Position numbers and translations under genes: made by a program. From positions 309,584-373,583 of the forward strand of contig CAMNEE010000002.1 of assembly GCA_946536225.1 (NCBI GenBank): a stretch of DNA of 64,000 nt. Reading direction: 5' to 3'. Shown in pieces: positions 25,189-33,139 of the stretch. The stretch comes from an uncultured Bacillales bacterium. GTDB lineage: Bacteria > Bacillota_I > Bacilli_A > RF39 > UBA660. The first letter of the stretch is position 1; the number at the start of each line of letters is the position of its first letter. The notes under the pieces were generated by a model. It did no database searches and was not told the DNA's origin. It was given only the letters and a program-made list of their open reading frames with translations.

Positions 25189-27729
25189 ATGAAGTTCAAG
25201 TTTAACGTCACAGCAAAAGATTTTACAACTTTTCTAATATTTAGTGCATTCTTACTTATTACCTGTTCTTTAGGTGTAGGTATTGTATTAACTCTACTAA
25301 GAGGAGAAGAACTTACTTTAAATCCATTTATTGGTTTTATGCCAAATAATATATTATTTACATTACTTATATTTTTTGTAGTTGAAATAGTAATATTCTC
25401 ATCTGTTTCATCAAGTATATTTGAAAAGAGTGATTCTGCAGGATTCGGACTTTCATTTGGTGAAAAAGATTCAAAAGGATATTCTAGATGGTTAAAAGAA
25501 AAAGAAATGAAAAAACAATATAAAATTGTTGAAGTAGGTGTTCAAGATGCCGATGCTTCAGCAGCTGGTGTTGTTTTAATTAATAATGGGAAAAGAATGT
25601 GGGTAGATAATGGTGAATACCACACACTTGTAATCGGAGTTACTGGTTCAGGTAAAACATCTGCCGTTATTAATCCACTTATATATAGTTTAATTAAAGC
25701 TAAAGAATCTATGGTTCTAACAGACCCTAAAGGTGAACTTTATAGAACACATGCAAACCACTTAAAAGCACGTGGTTATAATGTTATAGTTTTAAACTTC
25801 CGTGAACCTGAAAAAGGCAATGCATGGAATCCATTAACACTTCCTTATACTTTATATAAAGAAGGAAATGTTGATAAAGCAGTAGAACTTGTAGATGACG
25901 TAGGTAAAAATATCGTTAAAGATGCTAAAGCAGATGATCCATTCTGGCAAGATTCTGCTGGTGACTACTTCTCAGGTTGTGCTCTTGGTCTAATTCAAGA
26001 TGCAAAAGAAGAAGAAGTTAATATTAACTCGATTAATATTATGACAACAGTAGGTGAAGAAAAATTCGGTGCTGGATCTAACTATATTAAGGAATACTTT
26101 GGACTTAAAGGTGAAGATTCATCAGCATACGTATTTGCTTCAAATACAATTAACTCACCAACAGAAACAAAAGGTGGTATCCTTTCAACATTTAGACAAA
26201 AGATTCGTGTATTCGCATCACGTGAAAATTTATCTGAAATGCTTTCTCATAGTGACTTTAGTATGGCAGATATTGGTAAAAAACCAACTGCAGTATTTAT
26301 AGTTATTCATGATGAAAAAACAACATACCATGCTCTTGCAACAATATTTATTAAACAATGTTACGAAACATTAATTGATGTTGCTCAAGCTAATGGTGGA
26401 GCTCTTCCTGTAAGAACAAACTTCTTACTAGATGAGTTTGCCAACATGCCAGCGTTAAAAGACGTTACAACAATGGTTACAGCAGCACGTTCAAGACATA
26501 TTAGATTTACATTTATCATTCAAAACTTTGCCCAATTAAACGATGTTTATGGTAAAGATGATGCTGAAACAATTCGTTCTAACTGTGGTAACTTAATTTA
26601 CTTACTTACAACAGAACTTGCAGCTCTTGAAGAAATATCTAAACTATGTGGTGAAGTTAAGAGTAAAAAGGATGATAAGAGTGAATCACATCCATTAATT
26701 ACTGTTGCTGACTTACAAAAACTACAAATGAATGAAGTTATCGTTTTAAGAAATAGAGCTCATCCATTTAAAACTAAATTTACTCAAGCATTTAATATCG
26801 ACTGGGGAGATGAAAAATATCCTGAAGCTGAATTTGTTACTAGAGAAAAACAACCAATTCAAATATTTGATATTAAAGAATTTGTAAAACTACGTATGAA
26901 GTCTAAAATGGGAGCTAATGGTGGAATGCCTGGTGGAGGACAAAAGAATCCATTTGGTGGGCTTCCTGGAAATCCATTTGCAGCACTTATGGGTGGTGGC
27001 CCTGGTTCATCTCCTATGGGTAATCCTATGGCCTCTTCTGCACCATCTTCAAGAGGAATATCTCCATTTGAAGAGATGATGAAGAGTAATCAAGGTGGAG
27101 CTCGTCCAGTTCCTCCAAGAAACGAAGGACCACAAAATAGATCAACTGGATTTAATATTGAAGAATTAATGAAGAAGATTGACGCAAAGATTGCTGAACT
27201 TGAAGCAGAAGAAGCAGCTGAAAATGAAGCAAATAAAGCTAAAGAAACAACTGATTCTAATAAATTTAATCCACTTATTGATGCATCCCCTGCTAAAGAC
27301 TTAGAAACAAAACCTAAGAGTGATGTATCAAGTGATTTAGGAGAACCAGAAGAAAAAGCAACAACTACATCATCAATTGCATCATTTAGTGAAATGGTTA
27401 ATAAAGCCATGCATAGTGAACCAAAATCATCACCAATGGTTACTAATCCAATTGATACTGAAACTAAGGCACCTGTGATGCCTACAGAACCAATTATTAA
27501 TAAACCATTAGGTGGAATAGTTGATCCAACTAAACAAATGACTTATGAAATGTACAAGAATGACGCTAATACAAAAGAAATAAAGGTTGAACCTGTTCAA
27601 CAACAAGAACAAGTACCTCCTCAAACTGTAAAGGAAACACCTAAAGTTGAGAAGGTTGAAGTTAAACCAAACCCTTATGATAACGTATCTGACGATCAAT
27701 TCTTTGATGATTTCTTTGACGAAGAATAA
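25189..27729 (+). CDS. virD4: VirD4/TraG-family type IV coupling protein with ~275-aa disordered C-terminal tail
   Basis: Two N-terminal TM helices are followed by Walker A VIGVTGSGKTSAVINP, LTDPKGELY, Walker B NFLLDEFANMP and RSRHIRFTFIIQNFAQL. The tail is Gly/Pro/Met-rich, then acidic, and ends DDQFFDDFFDEE. Confidence 0.85.
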   Translation: MKFKFNVTAKDFTTFLIFSAFLLITCSLGVGIVLTLLRGEELTLNPFIGFMPNNILFTLLIFFVVEIVIFSSVSSSIFEKSDSAGFGLSFGEKDSKGYSRWLKEKEMKKQYKIVEVGVQDADASAAGVVLINNGKRMWVDNGEYHTLVIGVTGSGKTSAVINPLIYSLIKAKESMVLTDPKGELYRTHANHLKARGYNVIVLNFREPEKGNAWNPLTLPYTLYKEGNVDKAVELVDDVGKNIVKDAKADDPFWQDSAGDYFSGCALGLIQDAKEEEVNINSINIMTTVGEEKFGAGSNYIKEYFGLKGEDSSAYVFASNTINSPTETKGGILSTFRQKIRVFASRENLSEMLSHSDFSMADIGKKPTAVFIVIHDEKTTYHALATIFIKQCYETLIDVAQANGGALPVRTNFLLDEFANMPALKDVTTMVTAARSRHIRFTFIIQNFAQLNDVYGKDDAETIRSNCGNLIYLLTTELAALEEISKLCGEVKSKKDDKSESHPLITVADLQKLQMNEVIVLRNRAHPFKTKFTQAFNIDWGDEKYPEAEFVTREKQPIQIFDIKEFVKLRMKSKMGANGGMPGGGQKNPFGGLPGNPFAALMGGGPGSSPMGNPMASSAPSSRGISPFEEMMKSNQGGARPVPPRNEGPQNRSTGFNIEELMKKIDAKIAELEAEEAAENEANKAKETTDSNKFNPLIDASPAKDLETKPKSDVSSDLGEPEEKATTTSSIASFSEMVNKAMHSEPKSSPMVTNPIDTETKAPVMPTEPIINKPLGGIVDPTKQMTYEMYKNDANTKEIKVEPVQQQEQVPPQTVKETPKVEKVEVKPNPYDNVSDDQFFDDFFDEE

Positions 27730-27747
27730 TTATTCTTCGTCTTTTTT
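27718..27747 (+). terminator. Strong intrinsic terminator closing the T4SS-like operon
   Basis: gacgaagaat/aatt/attcttcgtc (10-bp GC-containing stem) is followed by T6. The stop codon lies inside the hairpin. Confidence 0.8.
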
Positions 27748-27748
27748 A

Positions 27749-27757
27749 TGATATAAT
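27749..27757 (+). promoter_or_regulatory. Extended -10 promoter element for the downstream membrane-protein gene
   Basis: TGaTATAAT lies 15 nt upstream of ATG 27773. Confidence 0.5.
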
Positions 27758-27772
27758 TTTATTGGTGATGAT

Positions 27773-28375
27773 ATGAATGATCTTGGAAGTGAGTTAACAA
27801 GTTTTATTATGTCATTTGGTATATTAGGAGGGCTCTTAAATAATTTATTTATTATTATTGAAGCAGTTATACCTATGTTACCACTAAGTGCATTTGTTGC
27901 CATTAATATAATCATGTATGGGGGAGTAATGGCATTTTTCTTAAGCTGGATATTTACCATTCTAGGTGGATCTCTTATGTTTTGGATATGCCGTAACAAA
28001 ATAAAGTCTTTTGTAGATAGAAAAATACAAGAAAATGCTAACTTTGATAAAGCACTTAAATTATCAAAACATATAGATAATATGAGTATATCAACACTTA
28101 GTGTTTTAATAGCTTGTCCTTTTACACCATCATTTGTAATAAATGTAGGTGGAGGACTATCTAACATGAGTTTTTTAAAATATATTATATCTATGATAAT
28201 AGGTAAGTCCTGTATGATTTATTTTTTATGTTATATAGGAGATAATATAGTAGAAAGTATAAATAATCCAATGATACTAATTAGAATAATTATATTACTA
28301 TTAATTGCTTATATAGTAAGTGTAATAGTTAATAATATAGTATCTAAGAAAATTAACAGAAAGAAGGAAAAATAA
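27773..28375 (+). CDS. TVP38/TMEM64 (DedA-superfamily) membrane protein
   Basis: The 200-aa polytopic protein has AVIPMLPLSAF....GGSLMFWICR and ACPFTPSFVINVGGGLS, typical of the SNARE-associated/DedA family. Confidence 0.65.
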   Translation: MNDLGSELTSFIMSFGILGGLLNNLFIIIEAVIPMLPLSAFVAINIIMYGGVMAFFLSWIFTILGGSLMFWICRNKIKSFVDRKIQENANFDKALKLSKHIDNMSISTLSVLIACPFTPSFVINVGGGLSNMSFLKYIISMIIGKSCMIYFLCYIGDNIVESINNPMILIRIIILLLIAYIVSVIVNNIVSKKINRKKEK

Positions 28376-28376
28376 T

Positions 28377-29459
28377 ATGAATAATACATTACTAATTATA
28401 GTTTTAGTTATATCAGTACTTAGCTTAATTACTAATATAGTAATTATGTTTAAGAAAAATGATAACTCTGAAATAACTAAAGAACTAGGTGAATTTAGAA
28501 GAGAAATAACTAAAGAAATTGGAGATTTTAAGTATGATTTCTCAAGAAGTTTATCTAATGACTTTGATAAGATTAATGATAAGATTGAAAATAAACTTCT
28601 TAGTATAAGTGATCGTGTAAATGAAAGACTAGATAACTCTTTAGAGAAAACTAACAAGACATTTAGTAATATCTTAGAACGTTTAACTAAGATAGATGAA
28701 GCTCAAAAAAATATAGATTTATTATCTAAAGATATTATTAATTTACAAAGTGTACTTACTGACAAGAAGACACGTGGTACATTTGGTGAAATAAATTTAA
28801 ATTATATTCTTACATCTATATTTGGCGAGAAAAAAGAAATATATGACTTACAACATAAGATGAGTAATGGTTATATTGCAGACTCAATACTATTTGCTCC
28901 AGAACCACTTGGTACAATTTGTATAGACTCTAAGTTTCCACTTGAAAACTATGAACGTATGTGTGATAGAAAACTAGATCAAGCATCTCGCGATACAGCA
29001 TTTAAAGCATTCAAAGCAGATGTTAAAAAACATATTGATGCTATTAGTTCTAAATATATTATTCCAGGAGAAACTACTAATCAAGCAATCATGTTCTTAC
29101 CTGCAGAAGCAGTATTTGCAGAACTAAATGCATATCATGAAGATTTATTAAAATATGCCTATAACAAGAATGTTTGGATATGTGGTCCAACAACACTTAT
29201 GGCAACACTAACTACTATTCAAATGATTGTTAAGAATATTGAAAGAAATAAATATACTGAAGTAATACATAATGAACTTAATAAACTTGGTATTGAATTC
29301 AGACGTTATAAAGAACGTTGGGATAAACTTTCTAAGAGCATTGATTCAGTATCAAATGAAGTAAGAGATATCAACGTAACAACAGATAAGATTACTAAGA
29401 AGTTTGATTTAATTAGTAATGCGGATATTAAAGCACTAGACTATAAAGAAGAAGAGTAA
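28377..29459 (+). CDS. rmuC: DNA recombination protein RmuC
   Basis: It has an N-terminal TM helix, a coiled coil, and then KTRGTFGEINLNYIL...DSKFPLENY...IMFLPAEAVF (RmuC nuclease-like core). Confidence 0.8.
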   Translation: MNNTLLIIVLVISVLSLITNIVIMFKKNDNSEITKELGEFRREITKEIGDFKYDFSRSLSNDFDKINDKIENKLLSISDRVNERLDNSLEKTNKTFSNILERLTKIDEAQKNIDLLSKDIINLQSVLTDKKTRGTFGEINLNYILTSIFGEKKEIYDLQHKMSNGYIADSILFAPEPLGTICIDSKFPLENYERMCDRKLDQASRDTAFKAFKADVKKHIDAISSKYIIPGETTNQAIMFLPAEAVFAELNAYHEDLLKYAYNKNVWICGPTTLMATLTTIQMIVKNIERNKYTEVIHNELNKLGIEFRRYKERWDKLSKSIDSVSNEVRDINVTTDKITKKFDLISNADIKALDYKEEE

Positions 29460-29538
29460 ATAAGACTATTCTTCTTTTCTTTGTCTATAAAAATGTACTT
29501 GAATATGTTATACTTAGTTAGGTAAGGTGATAAATAGA

Positions 29539-30240
29539 ATGGAATTTATAGAATTAAAAAATGTCTTTAAAGTATATAAAAATGGTGTATCTGCCTTAGC
29601 TGACGTAAGTTTATCAATTAAGAAAGGTGAGTTTGTTTTCATCATTGGTCAATCTGGCTCAGGTAAATCCACTTTGTCTAAATTATTATATAGAGAAGAA
29701 AAACCAAATCGTGGTTCAGTATATGTAGGTGGAGTAAACGTTTCTAAACTTAGAAATAGTAATGTTTACAAATTAAGAAGAAAGATTGGAGTAGTATTCC
29801 AAGACTTTAAACTTCTACCTAAATTAACTGTATATGAAAATGTTGCTTATCCACTTGAAACATATGGTATGTCTAAAGGTGAAATAAGAACTAAAGTACT
29901 TGCAGCTCTAGATACAGTTGGATTAAAGGATAGACTTCACTCATTTCCAAATGAATTATCAGGTGGAGAACAACAAAGAGTTGGTCTTGCAAGAGCTATA
30001 GTAAACGAACCAAAACTAATAATATGTGATGAACCAACTGGAGACTTAGATCCAAAATTAAGTCGCGAAGTAATGGATTTCATTGAAAAAATTAATGTTG
30101 AACTTGGTTCTACAATTATCATGGCAACACATGATAAAGAAATAGTTAATAGAATGAAAAAAAGAGTAATATGTCTTCATGATGGAGTAGTAATCTCAGA
30201 TAAAGAAAAAGGAGGTTATATCGAAGATGAGACTAATTAG
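29539..30240 (+). CDS. ftsE: Cell-division ABC ATPase FtsE
   Basis: Walker A GQSGSGKST, signature LSGGEQQRV and Walker B LIICDEPTGDLD are present. It overlaps ftsX. Confidence 0.9.
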   Translation: MEFIELKNVFKVYKNGVSALADVSLSIKKGEFVFIIGQSGSGKSTLSKLLYREEKPNRGSVYVGGVNVSKLRNSNVYKLRRKIGVVFQDFKLLPKLTVYENVAYPLETYGMSKGEIRTKVLAALDTVGLKDRLHSFPNELSGGEQQRVGLARAIVNEPKLIICDEPTGDLDPKLSREVMDFIEKINVELGSTIIMATHDKEIVNRMKKRVICLHDGVVISDKEKGGYIEDETN

Positions 30241-31126
30241 AATATTTAATAAAAGTATAAAAGATGCTTTTAAAAGTACATTTAGAAACTTCTCTTTATC
30301 AATAGCTTCTATTTCATGTATTACTATTACACTTATAATTGTTGCACTTGCATTATTTGCAACTTATAACGTTAATAATATTACAAGAAAGATTGAAGGA
30401 GTACTAGAAATAATAGTATTCGTTGATAGAGATGCAAGTGATGATGAAATTGCTGAATTAAAACAAGAAATAAATACTATTAAGAACGTTGATGAATCTA
30501 AAACAGAATATCGTTCTAAAGAAGAACTTGCTGAAAAACTAAGAAGAGAAGATGAATCCTTTGCATCAATGCTTGATACACTTGATTCAAATCCACTTCA
30601 ACCAACATTTGTTGTCCTTGTTAAAGACGTAACAAAGATAAGTGATACAGCAACTAAAATAAAAGGACTACATAGAGTAACTACAGTTAAATATGGAGAA
30701 TCCTTAGTTAATAAGATGTTAAATGTATTTGGAATGTTAAGAAATGGCTTTGCAATAGCCGTAATTGCACTTATATTTGTAACAGCCTTCTTAGTAGGAA
30801 ATACAATTAAGATAACAATATTCTCAAGAAGACAAGAAATTCAAATCATGAGACTTGTTGGTACAAGTAATACTGTTATTAAATTACCTTTCTTATTTGA
30901 AGGTTTAATCCTTGGAGTAATAGGTGGAGCCTTAGCTTCAATTATTTCTCTATTTGCATATTACTTCTTATATGACTTTACAAATGGAACACTATTTACT
31001 AGTCTTGCTCCACTTGTAAATCCATCAACAATTATTCTAGATACAACTTTAGTATTATTACTAATAGGTGGACTAGTTGGTATGTTTGGTTCACTATTAT
31101 CTGCTAGAAAGTATTTGAAGATATAA
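30227..31126 (+). CDS. ftsX: Cell-division permease-like protein FtsX
   Basis: The 299-aa protein has TM1, a large extracellular loop and 3 C-terminal TM helices with FSRRQEIQIMRLVGTSN (FtsX signature). Confidence 0.85.
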   Translation: MRLIRIFNKSIKDAFKSTFRNFSLSIASISCITITLIIVALALFATYNVNNITRKIEGVLEIIVFVDRDASDDEIAELKQEINTIKNVDESKTEYRSKEELAEKLRREDESFASMLDTLDSNPLQPTFVVLVKDVTKISDTATKIKGLHRVTTVKYGESLVNKMLNVFGMLRNGFAIAVIALIFVTAFLVGNTIKITIFSRRQEIQIMRLVGTSNTVIKLPFLFEGLILGVIGGALASIISLFAYYFLYDFTNGTLFTSLAPLVNPSTIILDTTLVLLLIGGLVGMFGSLLSARKYLKI

Positions 31127-32331
31127 TGAAGAAACTAAGAAGTATTTTAATAGTATTTGTTATTATTCTTTGTATTATTATTCCTCTTGGTGCAGAAGCA
31201 AAATCAAACGCTAAAACACTAGCAGAATTAAGAAAAGAATTACAAGCACTTAAGAATAAAGAAGCAAGTAATAAAGCAACAAAGAATCAAACAAAATCTA
31301 ATATCAATTCTGCTACTAACTCAATAACAAATAAGAAGTCAGAGATTGAAACAAATACTCAAACAATTAAGGATGCAACAGAAGAGTCCGAAAGACTTAC
31401 TAAAGAAATAGCAGAGGGTAAGATAGAACTTGAAAAATTAGTTGCAGCCTATCAGTTAGCATCAGAAAATAATATATATCTTGAATATGTATTTAATTCT
31501 AAAGACTATGAAGACTTGGTATATAGAACAGCTTTATCTGAACAAGTAATGTCTTATGTTAATGATGAAATTGATTCATGGAATAATAAGATTGAATATA
31601 ATAAAGAATTAAAAGTTGAACTTGCAAATAAATCTGCTCAACTAGAAGAAGATATTAACTCTTTATCATCATCTATTGAAGAATGGGGTAATACTCTAAA
31701 ACAATTAGATGAAAAAGCTCTTTCAATTACTGATGAAATTAAGAGTACTCAAGAGTTAATAGATTATTATAAAAATATAGGTTGTGGTGAAAACGAGAAC
31801 CTAGAATCATGTGTAGCTGTAAAAGGAGATACAATGTTTATTAGACCTTTATATAAAGGTACTGTAACATCTTACTATGGATATAGAATAAGTCCTATTA
31901 CAGGTAAAGCACAATCATTCCATAATGGAACAGACATAGGTGGAAATTCAGAAGGAACACCAGTATATGCTGTTGCAAATGGTATGGTAGGAAAAATTAT
32001 TAGAAAAGCTTCTTGTGGTGGTAACCAAGTATTCGTATATCATACAGTTAAAGGAGTTAAATATACAACTAACTACATGCATTTATTAACAATAAATGTA
32101 TCAGTTGGTCAACAAGTTTCATCAGCAACACAAATAGGTACTGTTGGTGGTGGAAGAGGAACAAGTAGTTATGAAACATGTTCAACTGGTGCTCACTTAC
32201 ACTTAAGTTTAGCAACTGGTTGGTATGGTCAAACATATACATCATATTCTCAATATACATCTCATTTATTAGATGCTAGAAATTATATTAATATACCTAA
32301 AATGGGAGTATGGTTCTACGGTAGATATTAG
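31126..32331 (+). CDS. Coiled-coil M23 peptidase (EnvC/PcsB-like FtsEX-coupled wall hydrolase, catalytic residues intact)
   Basis: A signal peptide and ~200-aa coiled coil are followed by an M23 domain with FHNGTDIGG and GAHLHLSL. The start overlaps the ftsX stop (TAATG). Confidence 0.8.
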   Translation: MKKLRSILIVFVIILCIIIPLGAEAKSNAKTLAELRKELQALKNKEASNKATKNQTKSNINSATNSITNKKSEIETNTQTIKDATEESERLTKEIAEGKIELEKLVAAYQLASENNIYLEYVFNSKDYEDLVYRTALSEQVMSYVNDEIDSWNNKIEYNKELKVELANKSAQLEEDINSLSSSIEEWGNTLKQLDEKALSITDEIKSTQELIDYYKNIGCGENENLESCVAVKGDTMFIRPLYKGTVTSYYGYRISPITGKAQSFHNGTDIGGNSEGTPVYAVANGMVGKIIRKASCGGNQVFVYHTVKGVKYTTNYMHLLTINVSVGQQVSSATQIGTVGGGRGTSSYETCSTGAHLHLSLATGWYGQTYTSYSQYTSHLLDARNYINIPKMGVWFYGRY

Positions 32332-32340
32332 GAGGTTTTT

Positions 32341-33129
32341 ATGAAAGATAGAATATTAGGAGCAGCAATATTAGTAGTTTTATTACTACCAGCATTTTTT
32401 ATAGGTGGTTGGTTAATGAAAGCAGTAATTTCTTTAATTGCTTGTGGTGCAATTTATGAGTTACTTAAAACTACAAATAAGAAAACTCCAATTATTATTT
32501 ATATTCTAAGCATGATCTTAACTTTGATGATTATACTTAAAGATAGCATTAGCTGTATAAGTCCTGAAGTATTTTCACCAACTACTTTCTTAATGCTTTC
32601 AGTTCTTGTTTTGCTTATACCATGTATATTCTTAAGAGAAAAAGGATATGGAGCAAATGATGCCCTAAAAGCATTTGGAAGTGTATTATTTATTGGTGTT
32701 GCTTTATCATCAATATCAAAACTATATGACATCAATAAATATCAAGTATTATTTGTGGTATTAATTGCAGTTACTACAGATGTATTTGCTTTATTTGGAG
32801 GAATGCTTATTGGTAAAACTCCACTTACTAAGATTAGTCCTAAAAAGACAGTTGAAGGTAGTTGTGTAGGAACTATTATTTGCTTTATAGTATGTACTAC
32901 TTACTATGTACTAGTAATTCATAGTTATAAATTAGGAGTAGCAATACCAATGGTAATAGCATTAAGTGTAGCTGGACAAATTGGAGATTTATTCTTTAGT
33001 TTAATTAAAAGAGAAAATAATATTAAAGATTATTCTCATCTTATTCCAGGACACGGAGGTATTCTTGATAGATTTGATAGTTTAATATTTATCTCTTTAG
33101 TTTATTCATTAATAATTAACATCATTTAG
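32341..33129 (+). CDS. cdsA: Phosphatidate cytidylyltransferase
   Basis: The C-terminal signature GDLFFSLIKRENNIKDYSHLIPGHGGILDRFDS is present, and the protein is polytopic. Confidence 0.85.
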   Translation: MKDRILGAAILVVLLLPAFFIGGWLMKAVISLIACGAIYELLKTTNKKTPIIIYILSMILTLMIILKDSISCISPEVFSPTTFLMLSVLVLLIPCIFLREKGYGANDALKAFGSVLFIGVALSSISKLYDINKYQVLFVVLIAVTTDVFALFGGMLIGKTPLTKISPKKTVEGSCVGTIICFIVCTTYYVLVIHSYKLGVAIPMVIALSVAGQIGDLFFSLIKRENNIKDYSHLIPGHGGILDRFDSLIFISLVYSLIINII

Positions 33130-33139
33130 GAGGGTTTAA

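Larger units (their letters stand above)
13944..27747 (+). other. Type IV secretion system-like operon (Gram-positive conjugation-channel type), 11 ORFs, without relaxase or integrase
   Basis: The ORFs are co-directional with short gaps or overlaps, between a promoter-like box and a strong terminator. VirB6-like, VirB3-like, VirB4, wall hydrolases and VirD4 are all recognisable by motif. Confidence 0.8.
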
